Assembly (NCBI GenBank): GCA_035938095.1
Contig: DASZHF010000126.1
Location: forward strand, 4,264 to 68,263
DNA: 64,000 bases
From: Solirubrobacteraceae bacterium
Lineage (GTDB): Bacteria > Actinomycetota > Thermoleophilia > Solirubrobacterales > Solirubrobacteraceae
Reading direction: 5' to 3'
In this document: positions 18,153 through 26,231 of the stretch, piece by piece
How the letters are laid out: the number at the start of each line of letters is the position of its first letter
Numbering within the stretch: position 1 is the first letter of the stretch
Program-made: the position numbers and the translations under genes
Notes under the pieces: generated by a model
Told to the model about the DNA's origin: nothing
Database searches by the model: none
Seen by the model: the letters and a program-made list of their open reading frames with translations, nothing else

Positions 18153-19075
18153 GACTCCAGGGCGGGCTTGCGCGCCCAGGCGAGCAGCCCCGATGCCGCT
18201 CCGATGCGCTGGGCGACGAGCTCCAGCCGGGCGGCCATCCTCGCTGCGCGGCCGGTCGCGTGGACGTCCAGACGAAGCGCGTAAGTCGAGAGCTCGAGCG
18301 TCTCGAGTCCCGCACTAGAAAGGGCGAACCGCAGGGCCCGCCGGGAAAAGCCGATCACGTGGTACGGGGGGAAGGTCGGAGACAGGGCCAGCGTCCAATC
18401 CCGCGCGCGCGTTCGGAGGTACGCCTGGGCGGCGCGCTGGACGAGGCTGCGCTCGTTGGGGACGTCGACAACCACCAGCCCCCCGGGACGCAGGACCCGG
18501 GCGGCCTCGGTCAGCAGCGCCATCGGCTCGTAGACGTGCTCGAGCACGCCGGAGAGGAGTACGAGGTCCACCGACGCCGAGTCGATCTCCGCGTCGTGGA
18601 TCTCCGCGCACTCGATCTGAACACCGAACAGCTCCCGGCCCTCGGCCGCGAACCGCGGCGACGGGTCGAGTCCCCTCGCAGTCCATCCCGCCCGGCGCGC
18701 CGCGACCAGCGACTCGCCGCGGCCGCACCCGATATCGAGCATCCGGCCCGTACCTCCCAGCAGGCCCGCGGCCGTCGCGAGCGTCGCCGCGGCGGCGCTG
18801 ATCTTGGCCGCGGGCTCGTAGGGTCCGAAGTACCCGTCTTCGTCGTAGTGGGACAGGTCGCGAGGGAAGGCGGTGGGCTGGGCGTAGAGCAGGCCGCAAC
18901 GGGGGCACCGGACGACGGTGACGGCGATTCCCTTACCCGCCGAGTGCGCCCAGCCGCCGCGGTAGCCCACGAAGGAGGACGCCGTCTCGCCGCATACCGG
19001 GCATGAGGCCGGGCGCAGGATCCAGTGCTCCCGGTCGCGAGTCTGGGGCAGGGCGCACGGGGACTGCACGCTCAT
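18149..19075 (-). CDS. Class I SAM-dependent methyltransferase with N-terminal zinc ribbon
   Basis: The ATG at 19075 overlaps the upstream stop (ATGA). CPVCGE...CPRCG, then MLDIGCGRGESL and VLLSGVLEHV. The 19297 start in the track is an overlapping extension. Confidence 0.85.
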   Translation of the reverse strand: MSVQSPCALPQTRDREHWILRPASCPVCGETASSFVGYRGGWAHSAGKGIAVTVVRCPRCGLLYAQPTAFPRDLSHYDEDGYFGPYEPAAKISAAAATLATAAGLLGGTGRMLDIGCGRGESLVAARRAGWTARGLDPSPRFAAEGRELFGVQIECAEIHDAEIDSASVDLVLLSGVLEHVYEPMALLTEAARVLRPGGLVVVDVPNERSLVQRAAQAYLRTRARDWTLALSPTFPPYHVIGFSRRALRFALSSAGLETLELSTYALRLDVHATGRAARMAARLELVAQRIGAASGLLAWARKPALES

Positions 19076-20217
19076 GGCGGCGCCACCGCGGCTCGGATTG
19101 CCCGCACGATGTTCTCGGCCTGAGCCTGCAGGGTGTAGAAGCTGTGTGCCCGCCGCGCTGCGGCTCGTCCCATCGTCAACCGTACGTTGGGGTCCAGCAG
19201 CCTCTCCAGAGCAGCGACCCACTCGTCCTCGGTGCGAGCGAGAAACCCGGTTTCGCCCGGGACGACAACGTGTTTGGCGGAGCCGAGCGGAGTGCACACG
19301 GGCGGAATTCCCAGGGTCATGTACTGCACGAGCTTCATGTAGAACTTTCGCCTGGTCCAGCCGTCGTCGGGCAGGGGTAGGAGACCGACGTCGAGGGCGC
19401 GAAGGTCGTCGACCTCGGTTTCGTCCGTCCAGCGCTGGGAGGTGTGAGGTATCCCGGGCAGGTCGAAGCCGCCCGAGCCGATGAAGTGAAGCCTGACGTC
19501 AGCGCGCGCCCCGATCCTGCGTAGAGCCCCTGCTATCACGTTCAGGTTGGCGGTCGTGCTCGGACTTCCCGTCCAGCCGATGCACACCGTTCCATCCTCG
19601 CGGGGCGGGCGAACTCGGTAGCGAAACCGCTCCCCGTCGACCATGCTTGGGATCTGAACGATGCGGTCGGTGAACGACGACACGTAATCCCGATGCTGGT
19701 CGGAGTTCACGATCGTAACCGCGCTCAGCGCTGCGATGCGGCCGACCTTGCCAAAGAACTTCAGATACGACAGATATCCGTTGAACGGGCTGCGATACGG
19801 GACGTAGAGAGGGTCATCGAGCTGATAGATAATTGGCGTTCCGGTGCGAGCGACGAGCCGCTCGAACACCTCGGGACCGATGAGCGCGGCTTCTCGGTAG
19901 ACCAGTACGGCGTCATACTCCGCTGCTCGGCGGACGTCACCGAACCGACTCACATATGCGTGGGTCATCCGGCTCATCTTTGTCAGTCGTCGTCCGGGGG
20001 CGTACAGCGCGCTGTGAAGCTTCGCGCTTCCAAACGGCGCGTAGTCGAACGAGATTCCGTGAGGGGCCAGCACCCGCTCCCACAGCTCGATGCTCGAACG
20101 CGGTCCGGGGGCCGTGCCGTACGGGTAGGGAGTCAGGACGAGCACACGCGTTGCCCGAGCCTGTAGCCTGGGCGGCCGCTTGCACTCAGTCGGGCGATTT
20201 CGGACGGTCATGGACAT
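19072..20217 (-). CDS. GT-B glycosyltransferase
   Basis: 381 aa. The C-terminal KLVQYMTLGIPPVCTPLGSAKHVVVPGETGFL is typical of the GT1/GT4 nucleotide-sugar binding domain. Confidence 0.8.
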   Translation of the reverse strand: MSMTVRNRPTECKRPPRLQARATRVLVLTPYPYGTAPGPRSSIELWERVLAPHGISFDYAPFGSAKLHSALYAPGRRLTKMSRMTHAYVSRFGDVRRAAEYDAVLVYREAALIGPEVFERLVARTGTPIIYQLDDPLYVPYRSPFNGYLSYLKFFGKVGRIAALSAVTIVNSDQHRDYVSSFTDRIVQIPSMVDGERFRYRVRPPREDGTVCIGWTGSPSTTANLNVIAGALRRIGARADVRLHFIGSGGFDLPGIPHTSQRWTDETEVDDLRALDVGLLPLPDDGWTRRKFYMKLVQYMTLGIPPVCTPLGSAKHVVVPGETGFLARTEDEWVAALERLLDPNVRLTMGRAAARRAHSFYTLQAQAENIVRAIRAAVAPP

Positions 20218-20247
20218 TACGGGTCGGGATTACTGCGCCGCACGCTC

Positions 20248-22116
20248 GTGTGTGGGATAGCTGGAGTCCTCTCCTTCGGAGCTCGTCCGCCGGACCTGGC
20301 GCTCGACGAGCAGCTGAAGCTCCTGGTGCACCGCGGACCGGACTCGACCGGGCTTCACTCCGAGGGCCGGGGGGCGATCGGTCAGACACGGTTGGCCGTG
20401 ATCGATCTCGAGACCGGAGACCCTCCAATCCTCAACGAGGGCGGGACGATCGTCGCCGCGCTCAACGGCGAGATCTACAACTTCCGGACGCTGCGCTCCG
20501 AGCTGGTCCGCACCGGACACCGGTTCCGGTCCTCGGGAGACACAGAAGTGCTGGTTCACCTGGCCGAGGAACGTGCGCCGGTCGAGATCGCCAGGCTGGT
20601 GGACGGCATGTTCGCTTTCGCGCTCTGGGACGCCGAGCGCGAGCGGCTGGTGCTGGCCCGCGATCGAGTCGGCAAGAAGCCTCTCTACTTCTGTCAGACC
20701 TCCGAGGCTCTCGTGTTCGGCAGCGAGATCAAAAGCGTCCTGGCACACCCGTCCGTCCCGCGCGAGCTCGAGCCGCTCGCGCTGTCCGCCTATCTGACGT
20801 TCGGGTACGTGCCAACCCCGCGCACCTTCTTCGCCGGAGTCTCCAGCCTTCCACCCGGTCACATCCTGATCGCGTCGGCCGACGGACAGGTTGCGATCGA
20901 GCCGTTCTGGTCGCTGCCCTCGCCCCCGCCGCGCCCGACCCCGCGGACTCTCGCGCAGGCCGCCGTCGAAACCCGTGAGCACCTGACGCGCGCCGTCGAG
21001 CGACGGCTCATATCCGACGTTCCGCTCGGCGCGTTCCTGAGCGGCGGGCTGGACTCGGCGACCGTCGTGGCGCTGATGGCCTCGCTGTCCGATCGTCCGG
21101 TCAAGACGTTCACGATCGGGTTCGACGACCGGTACGGATTCGACGAGCGCCCCTACGCTGGGCTCGTCGCCCGGCGATTCGCCACCGAGCACCAGGAATT
21201 CGTGGTGCAGCCCGACGCGGTGGACCTGGTCGAGCGACTCGTCTGGCACCACGATCAACCGTTCGGCGACTCGAGCGCCGTCCCGACGTTCCTGCTCAGT
21301 CAGGTGACCCGTGATCACGTCACAGTGGCTCTGGCGGGCGATGGGGGCGACGAGCTCTTCGCCGGCTATGAGCGGTTCTGGGCGGCCCTGGCCCTGGGCC
21401 GGTACCAAGCGCTCCCGCGACCGCTGCGCACCGGTCTGCGGGCCGGGGTCGGCCGCCTCCCTGCGACTGCCCTTCACGGACGGGTGGGGAGCATGCAGCG
21501 CTTCACTCGACAGGGAAACGCCCGCGTGCTCGACGCGTACCGCTCGTGGCTCTCCTTCTTCGACGAGCCCCAGCGCAGCGAGCTGCTCCCGGGCGCAAGC
21601 GCGTGGGCGCTCGAGGACTACGAGCGCAGGTGGTCCGAGGGCGGCAACGGCGGGCTGTTGGACCGCCTCTTGCATCTCAACCTGACGACCTACCTGCCCG
21701 ATGACCTGCTCGTGAAGGTCGACCGCACCAGCATGGCGCACGGGCTCGAGGTGCGATCGCCGTTTCTCGACGCCGAGCTCGTCGCCTTCGCCTTCCAGCT
21801 CGCGCCCGAGCTCAAGCTCCGCCGCCTGACGCTCAAGCGCGTGCTCAAGGAGGCGATGCGCGAGCTGCTGCCCGCCGAGATCGTCGGCCGTCGCAAGAAG
21901 GGGTTCGGCGTGCCGCTCGATCGCTGGTTTCGCGAGGACCTCCGCGGCTACGTCGGCGCGCGCCTGGGCGCCCGCGATGCCAGAGTCAAGGCTCATCTGT
22001 CGGCGCCGATCGTCGATCGACTGCTGGCCGAGCATCTGGCGGGCGGGAAGGATCATGGACAGGCCCTCTGGCTGCTGCTCACGCTCGAGGTGTTCCTGCG
22101 CAATCAGGGGTGGTAG
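20248..22116 (+). CDS. asnB: Asparagine synthase (glutamine-hydrolysing) family amidotransferase
   Basis: N-terminal MCGIAGV (Cys nucleophile), GDTEVL and SGGLDSATV (PP-loop). In a glycan locus it more likely amidates a sugar acid than makes asparagine (inference). Confidence 0.9.
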   Translation: MCGIAGVLSFGARPPDLALDEQLKLLVHRGPDSTGLHSEGRGAIGQTRLAVIDLETGDPPILNEGGTIVAALNGEIYNFRTLRSELVRTGHRFRSSGDTEVLVHLAEERAPVEIARLVDGMFAFALWDAERERLVLARDRVGKKPLYFCQTSEALVFGSEIKSVLAHPSVPRELEPLALSAYLTFGYVPTPRTFFAGVSSLPPGHILIASADGQVAIEPFWSLPSPPPRPTPRTLAQAAVETREHLTRAVERRLISDVPLGAFLSGGLDSATVVALMASLSDRPVKTFTIGFDDRYGFDERPYAGLVARRFATEHQEFVVQPDAVDLVERLVWHHDQPFGDSSAVPTFLLSQVTRDHVTVALAGDGGDELFAGYERFWAALALGRYQALPRPLRTGLRAGVGRLPATALHGRVGSMQRFTRQGNARVLDAYRSWLSFFDEPQRSELLPGASAWALEDYERRWSEGGNGGLLDRLLHLNLTTYLPDDLLVKVDRTSMAHGLEVRSPFLDAELVAFAFQLAPELKLRRLTLKRVLKEAMRELLPAEIVGRRKKGFGVPLDRWFREDLRGYVGARLGARDARVKAHLSAPIVDRLLAEHLAGGKDHGQALWLLLTLEVFLRNQGW

Positions 22117-23209
22117 AACGCCGGCGCGCCTGGGAAGCGGGTCGCCGGGCGTCGGCCACCCAACCGTGATTGGGTAGGACGACGACGTCGGTCAGGCCGG
22201 CGTCGCGCACCAGAGAGCGCACCTGATCCTGCGTGAAGCGGCGCTCGAGCGGGGCCGAGAAGCGATCGAACTGATCGTTGACCAGGACGCCGAACGGGTA
22301 GTCGGCGTACGCCTTCAGAGGCAGCGTGGCCGCCAGCCGGCGCCCCCGCGGCCGGTGTCTCAGGGCCCGGTAGGGGGCGACGATTGTCGCCAGCAGCCCA
22401 GCGGCCAGCGGATAGCACAGGGCGTGCAACAGCCCGTGGGGCATCCGCCACGTGACTCTTCTCGCCGCGCCCACGCCGGCCAGGACGAGCCGGTGCCAGA
22501 GCCTGGCCGGTACCCAATACAGATAGACGTGCACGTGACCACCCGGGCGCGCGTAAGGGACCAGCGCCCGCAGGGCCCGCCGCGGAACGGGCAGGTGGTG
22601 CAGGACGCCGAGCGAGCACACGAAGTCGAACTCACCCCTCGCGAGCGGAAGCTGTTCGGCATCGGCCTGGACCGTGAGGACCTCCGGCGGCAGGTTCGAG
22701 CGCGCGACGTCGATGGCGCGCCCGATGTCGACGGCCACCACGCGCGCGCCGAGCGCAACCGCCTCGCGGCTGTGCCGACCCGATCCCGCTCCCACGTCGA
22801 GCACCAGCTTGCCGGCGAAGGACTCGGCGCGGTGGGGGCGCATGTAGTCGAGGAAGTTCCGGCGCCACTCGGGCCGAGGCTGGCCGAAGTGCTGCCACTC
22901 GTAGGCGAAGCTGTCGGCCGTCCGGCGCTTGACCTCTTGATCGTGATCTGGGCCGGAGCCGCGGCCGGGCCCGAGGCATGCCTCCAGCACGGCGCGCGAG
23001 CGCGGATAGTCGGCGATCAATCGCTCCTGCATCGCGGTGCCCAGAATCCGTACCGTGCCCGCGATCAACGGGTAGCGCGACGCGCACCGGGCGCAGCGCA
23101 GAACCCCGTCGGGTCCGAGCTCGGGATAGCCGGCCTCGGGCATGCTGCGCTCGAGCTCGAGCGCCACCTCACACCGCGGGCAACGCAGCAGGGCGGCCAG
23201 GTCGCTCAC
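22079..23209 (-). CDS. Class I SAM-dependent methyltransferase with Trm112-like zinc ribbon
   Basis: LLRCPRCE...LRCARCASRYPLIAGTVRIL, then VLDVGAGSGRHS. The GTG at 23209 is preferred. The track start at 23347 would translate the 18-bp repeat array. Confidence 0.8.
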   Translation of the reverse strand: MSDLAALLRCPRCEVALELERSMPEAGYPELGPDGVLRCARCASRYPLIAGTVRILGTAMQERLIADYPRSRAVLEACLGPGRGSGPDHDQEVKRRTADSFAYEWQHFGQPRPEWRRNFLDYMRPHRAESFAGKLVLDVGAGSGRHSREAVALGARVVAVDIGRAIDVARSNLPPEVLTVQADAEQLPLARGEFDFVCSLGVLHHLPVPRRALRALVPYARPGGHVHVYLYWVPARLWHRLVLAGVGAARRVTWRMPHGLLHALCYPLAAGLLATIVAPYRALRHRPRGRRLAATLPLKAYADYPFGVLVNDQFDRFSAPLERRFTQDQVRSLVRDAGLTDVVVLPNHGWVADARRPASQARRRSTTPDCAGTPRA

Positions 23210-23221
23210 TCCGGTCCCACG

Positions 23222-23311
23222 CCACCCGGCTGTCCCACACCACCCGGCTGTCCCCCGCCGCCCGGCTGCCCCAGGCCACCCGGGCGCCCCGCGCGACCCG
23301 GGCTCGTCCCC
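23222..23311. repeat. Five degenerate 18-bp tandem repeats (ccacccggctgtcccaca type)
   Basis: The core ccacccggctgt recurs at 23222 and 23240. Degenerate copies are at 23258, 23276 and 23294, giving an exact 18-nt period. The array lies between the GT stop (23314) and the methyltransferase zinc ribbon. Confidence 0.85.
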
Positions 23312-23313
23312 GG

Positions 23314-24555
23314 TCACCGCGCGGTCGGTTGAGGTTCGCGAGACCATGCGACTCTCGATCGGCGTTCCGGCGGAGCCAGTAGCTCTCGGTACAGGTGGTC
23401 GAGGTCGGCGACCAATCGCTCCAGCGCGAACGCCTCCCGTACGTAGGCGCGGCCCCGAGAACCCATCTGTGGCCCGTGCTCCAACACGTCCAGTACCGCG
23501 TGGGCGAAGGCCTCTTCGTCGTCACGGTCCGCCAGTAGCCCGCTCTGGCCGTCCCTGACCGCACTGGCGGTCCCGCCCACCCGCGTGGCGACCACGGGCA
23601 CCCCGGCCGCTTGGGCCTCGATCAGGCTCATCGGTGTCCCCTCGTTGTCCGAGGTGAGGACGACGGCGTCGCTGGCGAAGCAGACCGCTGGCATGTCGCG
23701 GTCAAACCCCGTCCACCGCAGGCGGTCTCGCAGTCGCGATGTCACGGGCGCGGTCCGCAGTTCGTCGCCAAGCTCGCCGTCCCCGACGATGACGCAGCGC
23801 ACGCGCTCGTCGCGCTCGACCAGGCGCTCGGCGATGCGCAGGAAGCGGTCGACCCGCTTTACCGGGACCAGACGGGCAATCAGCGTAACGACGCGCATCC
23901 CGTCCGCTATTCCCCACTCCGACCGCTTCTCGGCCCGTACGCGCGCGCGCACCTCACCGTCGGCCAGGAAGCCAGACAGATCGAACCCCAACGCAACGAC
24001 CTCGATGCGCTCGGGCGGAGCAACCCCGAGGCGCACGAGGTCACTCTTGATCTCTTCGGAGACCGCGATCAGCCGCGTGGTGCGCCGGGCCAGGAAGCGC
24101 TCGATGGCCAGGAACAGGCGTGCCTTGGACGGCGAGAAGTAGCGCTCGAGCGAGTGACCGTGAAAGGTGTGGATCAGGACGGCGGGGCGCCCGGGTCCGG
24201 GCACGAGCGCGGCGAGCCGGCCCAGGGTTCCTCCCTTGGCGGCATGGGTGTGAACGATGTGCGGCCGGAAGCGGCGCAGCACGCGTGCGAGCACGAAGAG
24301 CGCCGCGACATCGCGCGGATCGAGCTCACGACCAGCGCGCGAGAAGCGCACGGGGCTCACTCCGAGCTCCCGGGCCAGGTGGTCCATGGACCCTTCGTGG
24401 TCGGCCTCGCTGCCCCTCAGGAGCAGCGTGCTGAAGCCGAGCGGCGACATTACCTTGGTCAGCGTGATCGCCTGGATCGCAGGCCCGCCGACGTTGAGCC
24501 GGCCGATGATGCGGGCAAGGCGGAGCTCGCCGTCGGGGTGCGGCGCCCGGACCAT
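23314..24555 (-). CDS. GT-B glycosyltransferase (family 4-like)
   Basis: LARIIGRLNVGGPAIQA N-terminus and SDNEGTPMSLIEAQAAGVPVVATRVGG. Confidence 0.9.
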   Translation of the reverse strand: MVRAPHPDGELRLARIIGRLNVGGPAIQAITLTKVMSPLGFSTLLLRGSEADHEGSMDHLARELGVSPVRFSRAGRELDPRDVAALFVLARVLRRFRPHIVHTHAAKGGTLGRLAALVPGPGRPAVLIHTFHGHSLERYFSPSKARLFLAIERFLARRTTRLIAVSEEIKSDLVRLGVAPPERIEVVALGFDLSGFLADGEVRARVRAEKRSEWGIADGMRVVTLIARLVPVKRVDRFLRIAERLVERDERVRCVIVGDGELGDELRTAPVTSRLRDRLRWTGFDRDMPAVCFASDAVVLTSDNEGTPMSLIEAQAAGVPVVATRVGGTASAVRDGQSGLLADRDDEEAFAHAVLDVLEHGPQMGSRGRAYVREAFALERLVADLDHLYRELLAPPERRSRVAWSREPQPTAR

Positions 24556-24557
24556 CG

Positions 24558-25625
24558 TTAGACGGGATCGACCGCCGGTCCGAGCGGCGCCGGCTCAATA
24601 GTCATTCGCGCCTTGGACTGGGGATTGGGAGTCCAGAGCGCCTCGAGCAACACGATCGCCAGCACTCCCAGCAATGAGCAGCCGGTTGATATCGCCACGA
24701 GCAACGGCGCCTCCGACTGGTCGGCGATGATGGCGCAACCACAGAGGCCGAACTGCGCGACAGCAAGTGCAAGCGCCACTCCGGCCGGCTTGTGGATGAA
24801 CTGCAGCAGCCGGTGGGTGAGATGGTCGCGTCCGCCGGTGAGCACCCGGACCCGGCGGCGCGTCCGGGAGATCGTGACGAGCGTCGTGTCGAGAATGACC
24901 AGCCCGACCAACAGCGCTCCGGTTAGCAGCGCGAGGCCACCCGGATGACTCGCACCCGACGCGGCGCCGGCCGCGGTCGCCGCAGCAATGATCCCGAGTG
25001 ACATGCTTCCTCCATCACCTAGGAAGATCTGCGCGGGCGTGGTCAAGTTGAAACGCAGAAACCCGGCGCACGACCCGCTGAGGGCAAACGCCAGGGCGGC
25101 GAGTCCGGCGTCGTGGTGTAGCAGCGCCAGCGCCCCGGTCCCGAGCCCGCACACCAAGCCGAGCGTGCCCGCAGCGCCGTCGAGGTTGTCCATCAGGTTG
25201 AAGGCGTTTACGACGCCGACCACCCACACGATGGTGACCGCCAAGTCGACGCCGGCTCCCAGCGACAGGCGCCAACCGAGTCCCGCCTCCCACAGCGCGG
25301 CGGCTGCCATGAGTTCGGCGCCCACGCGAGGAAGCGCCCCGAGCTTGCGGCGGTCGTCGACGGTCCCAACCACCGCAAGCGCCACCATGCAGGCGACCAG
25401 AACCCAGAAGCGCTCGAGATCGACGACAACCAGCGTCCCGATCAGGAATCCGGCGAGCACGGCGACGCCGCCGAGATAGGGAGTCGGGCGCGAGTGCTGC
25501 TTGTATCCCGCCGGTCGGTCGTAGAAGCCCGTGCGGTGCGCGACGCCCATCGCCACCGGGCAGGCCGCCTGCACGCCCACCGCAGCGAGCACGAAAATGA
25601 CAACGGATCCGGCGTCCAGCAGCAT
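24558..25625 (-). CDS. WecA/MraY-family polyprenyl-phosphate N-acetylhexosamine-1-phosphate transferase
   Basis: VNAFNLMDNLDGAAG and other MraY/WecA motifs; about 10 TM helices. Confidence 0.9.
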   Translation of the reverse strand: MLLDAGSVVIFVLAAVGVQAACPVAMGVAHRTGFYDRPAGYKQHSRPTPYLGGVAVLAGFLIGTLVVVDLERFWVLVACMVALAVVGTVDDRRKLGALPRVGAELMAAAALWEAGLGWRLSLGAGVDLAVTIVWVVGVVNAFNLMDNLDGAAGTLGLVCGLGTGALALLHHDAGLAALAFALSGSCAGFLRFNLTTPAQIFLGDGGSMSLGIIAAATAAGAASGASHPGGLALLTGALLVGLVILDTTLVTISRTRRRVRVLTGGRDHLTHRLLQFIHKPAGVALALAVAQFGLCGCAIIADQSEAPLLVAISTGCSLLGVLAIVLLEALWTPNPQSKARMTIEPAPLGPAVDPV

Positions 25626-25793
25626 GACGTCAGGGCCGGGCGATCGCTTCTCTCAGGACGCCGCGGCGTCGGGGCGGGGAACCACTCGTACAAAAGCGGT
25701 CCCCTTCCCATGAGCGAGGCTGCAACGGCGCCCACCCCTTGAACCACGATTGCGTCGCGCGCCCGGGGGTCCGCCCGGGCGAGCGCTCAGAGA

Positions 25794-26066
25794 TCAGGCG
25801 GGCCGGCGCGAGGGCGCGCTCCAGATCCTCGGAACCCGCCGCTCTGTCGCAACGACCGCGCGGTCGGGCGGCCGTCGGGCCGTCCGCGCAGGCACGGAGT
25901 GGGACGGGAGGGTGGGGCCAGAGTCCCCGAGGCCGAAGTCCCCCAGCCATTGGGAATCGTCGATCACGGTCAGGCGATCCCCGCGAGCCGCGGCGGCACA
26001 GAGCGCCAGAACGAACACGAAGACGACGACCTGCGCCCCGACGAAAATGATCCCGATTGTGAGCAT
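25794..26066 (-). CDS. Small membrane-anchored hypothetical protein
   Basis: N-terminal TM helix MLTIGIIFVGAQVVVFVFVLALCAAAA. GC-rich third positions. A good RBS (AAAGGAG) sits 6 nt upstream of the ATG. Confidence 0.45.
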   Translation of the reverse strand: MLTIGIIFVGAQVVVFVFVLALCAAAARGDRLTVIDDSQWLGDFGLGDSGPTLPSHSVPARTARRPPDRAVVATERRVPRIWSAPSRRPA

Positions 26067-26175
26067 CTGATCTCCTTTGGGGAGGCGCGGCTGTCCTGGC
26101 CCTAGTGGCCGCGGTGCACGAACTTCGCGTTCGATTGGCCCGTAGGCGCCGGGTGAGGTCGTTGTCCCACTCGCC

Positions 26176-26204
26176 GGTAAGAAATCGCGATGCCCGGGGT
26201 AAGA
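26176..26204 (-). promoter_or_regulatory. Two exact TCTTACC heptamers 22 nt apart, upstream of the 26066 to 22079 operon
   Basis: The plus strand has GGTAAGA at 26176..26182 and 26198..26204. Confidence 0.4.
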
Positions 26205-26231
26205 GGCGGGGAAGATTGCGCTCCCTCACTC

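Noticed and set aside
20230-22056. 608-aa ORF antisense to the asparagine synthase gene
   Set aside because: It fully overlaps a gene with unmistakable AsnB motifs on the other strand. Its composition is Arg/Gly/Pro/Glu-rich with no motifs. This is a typical high-GC antisense artefact.
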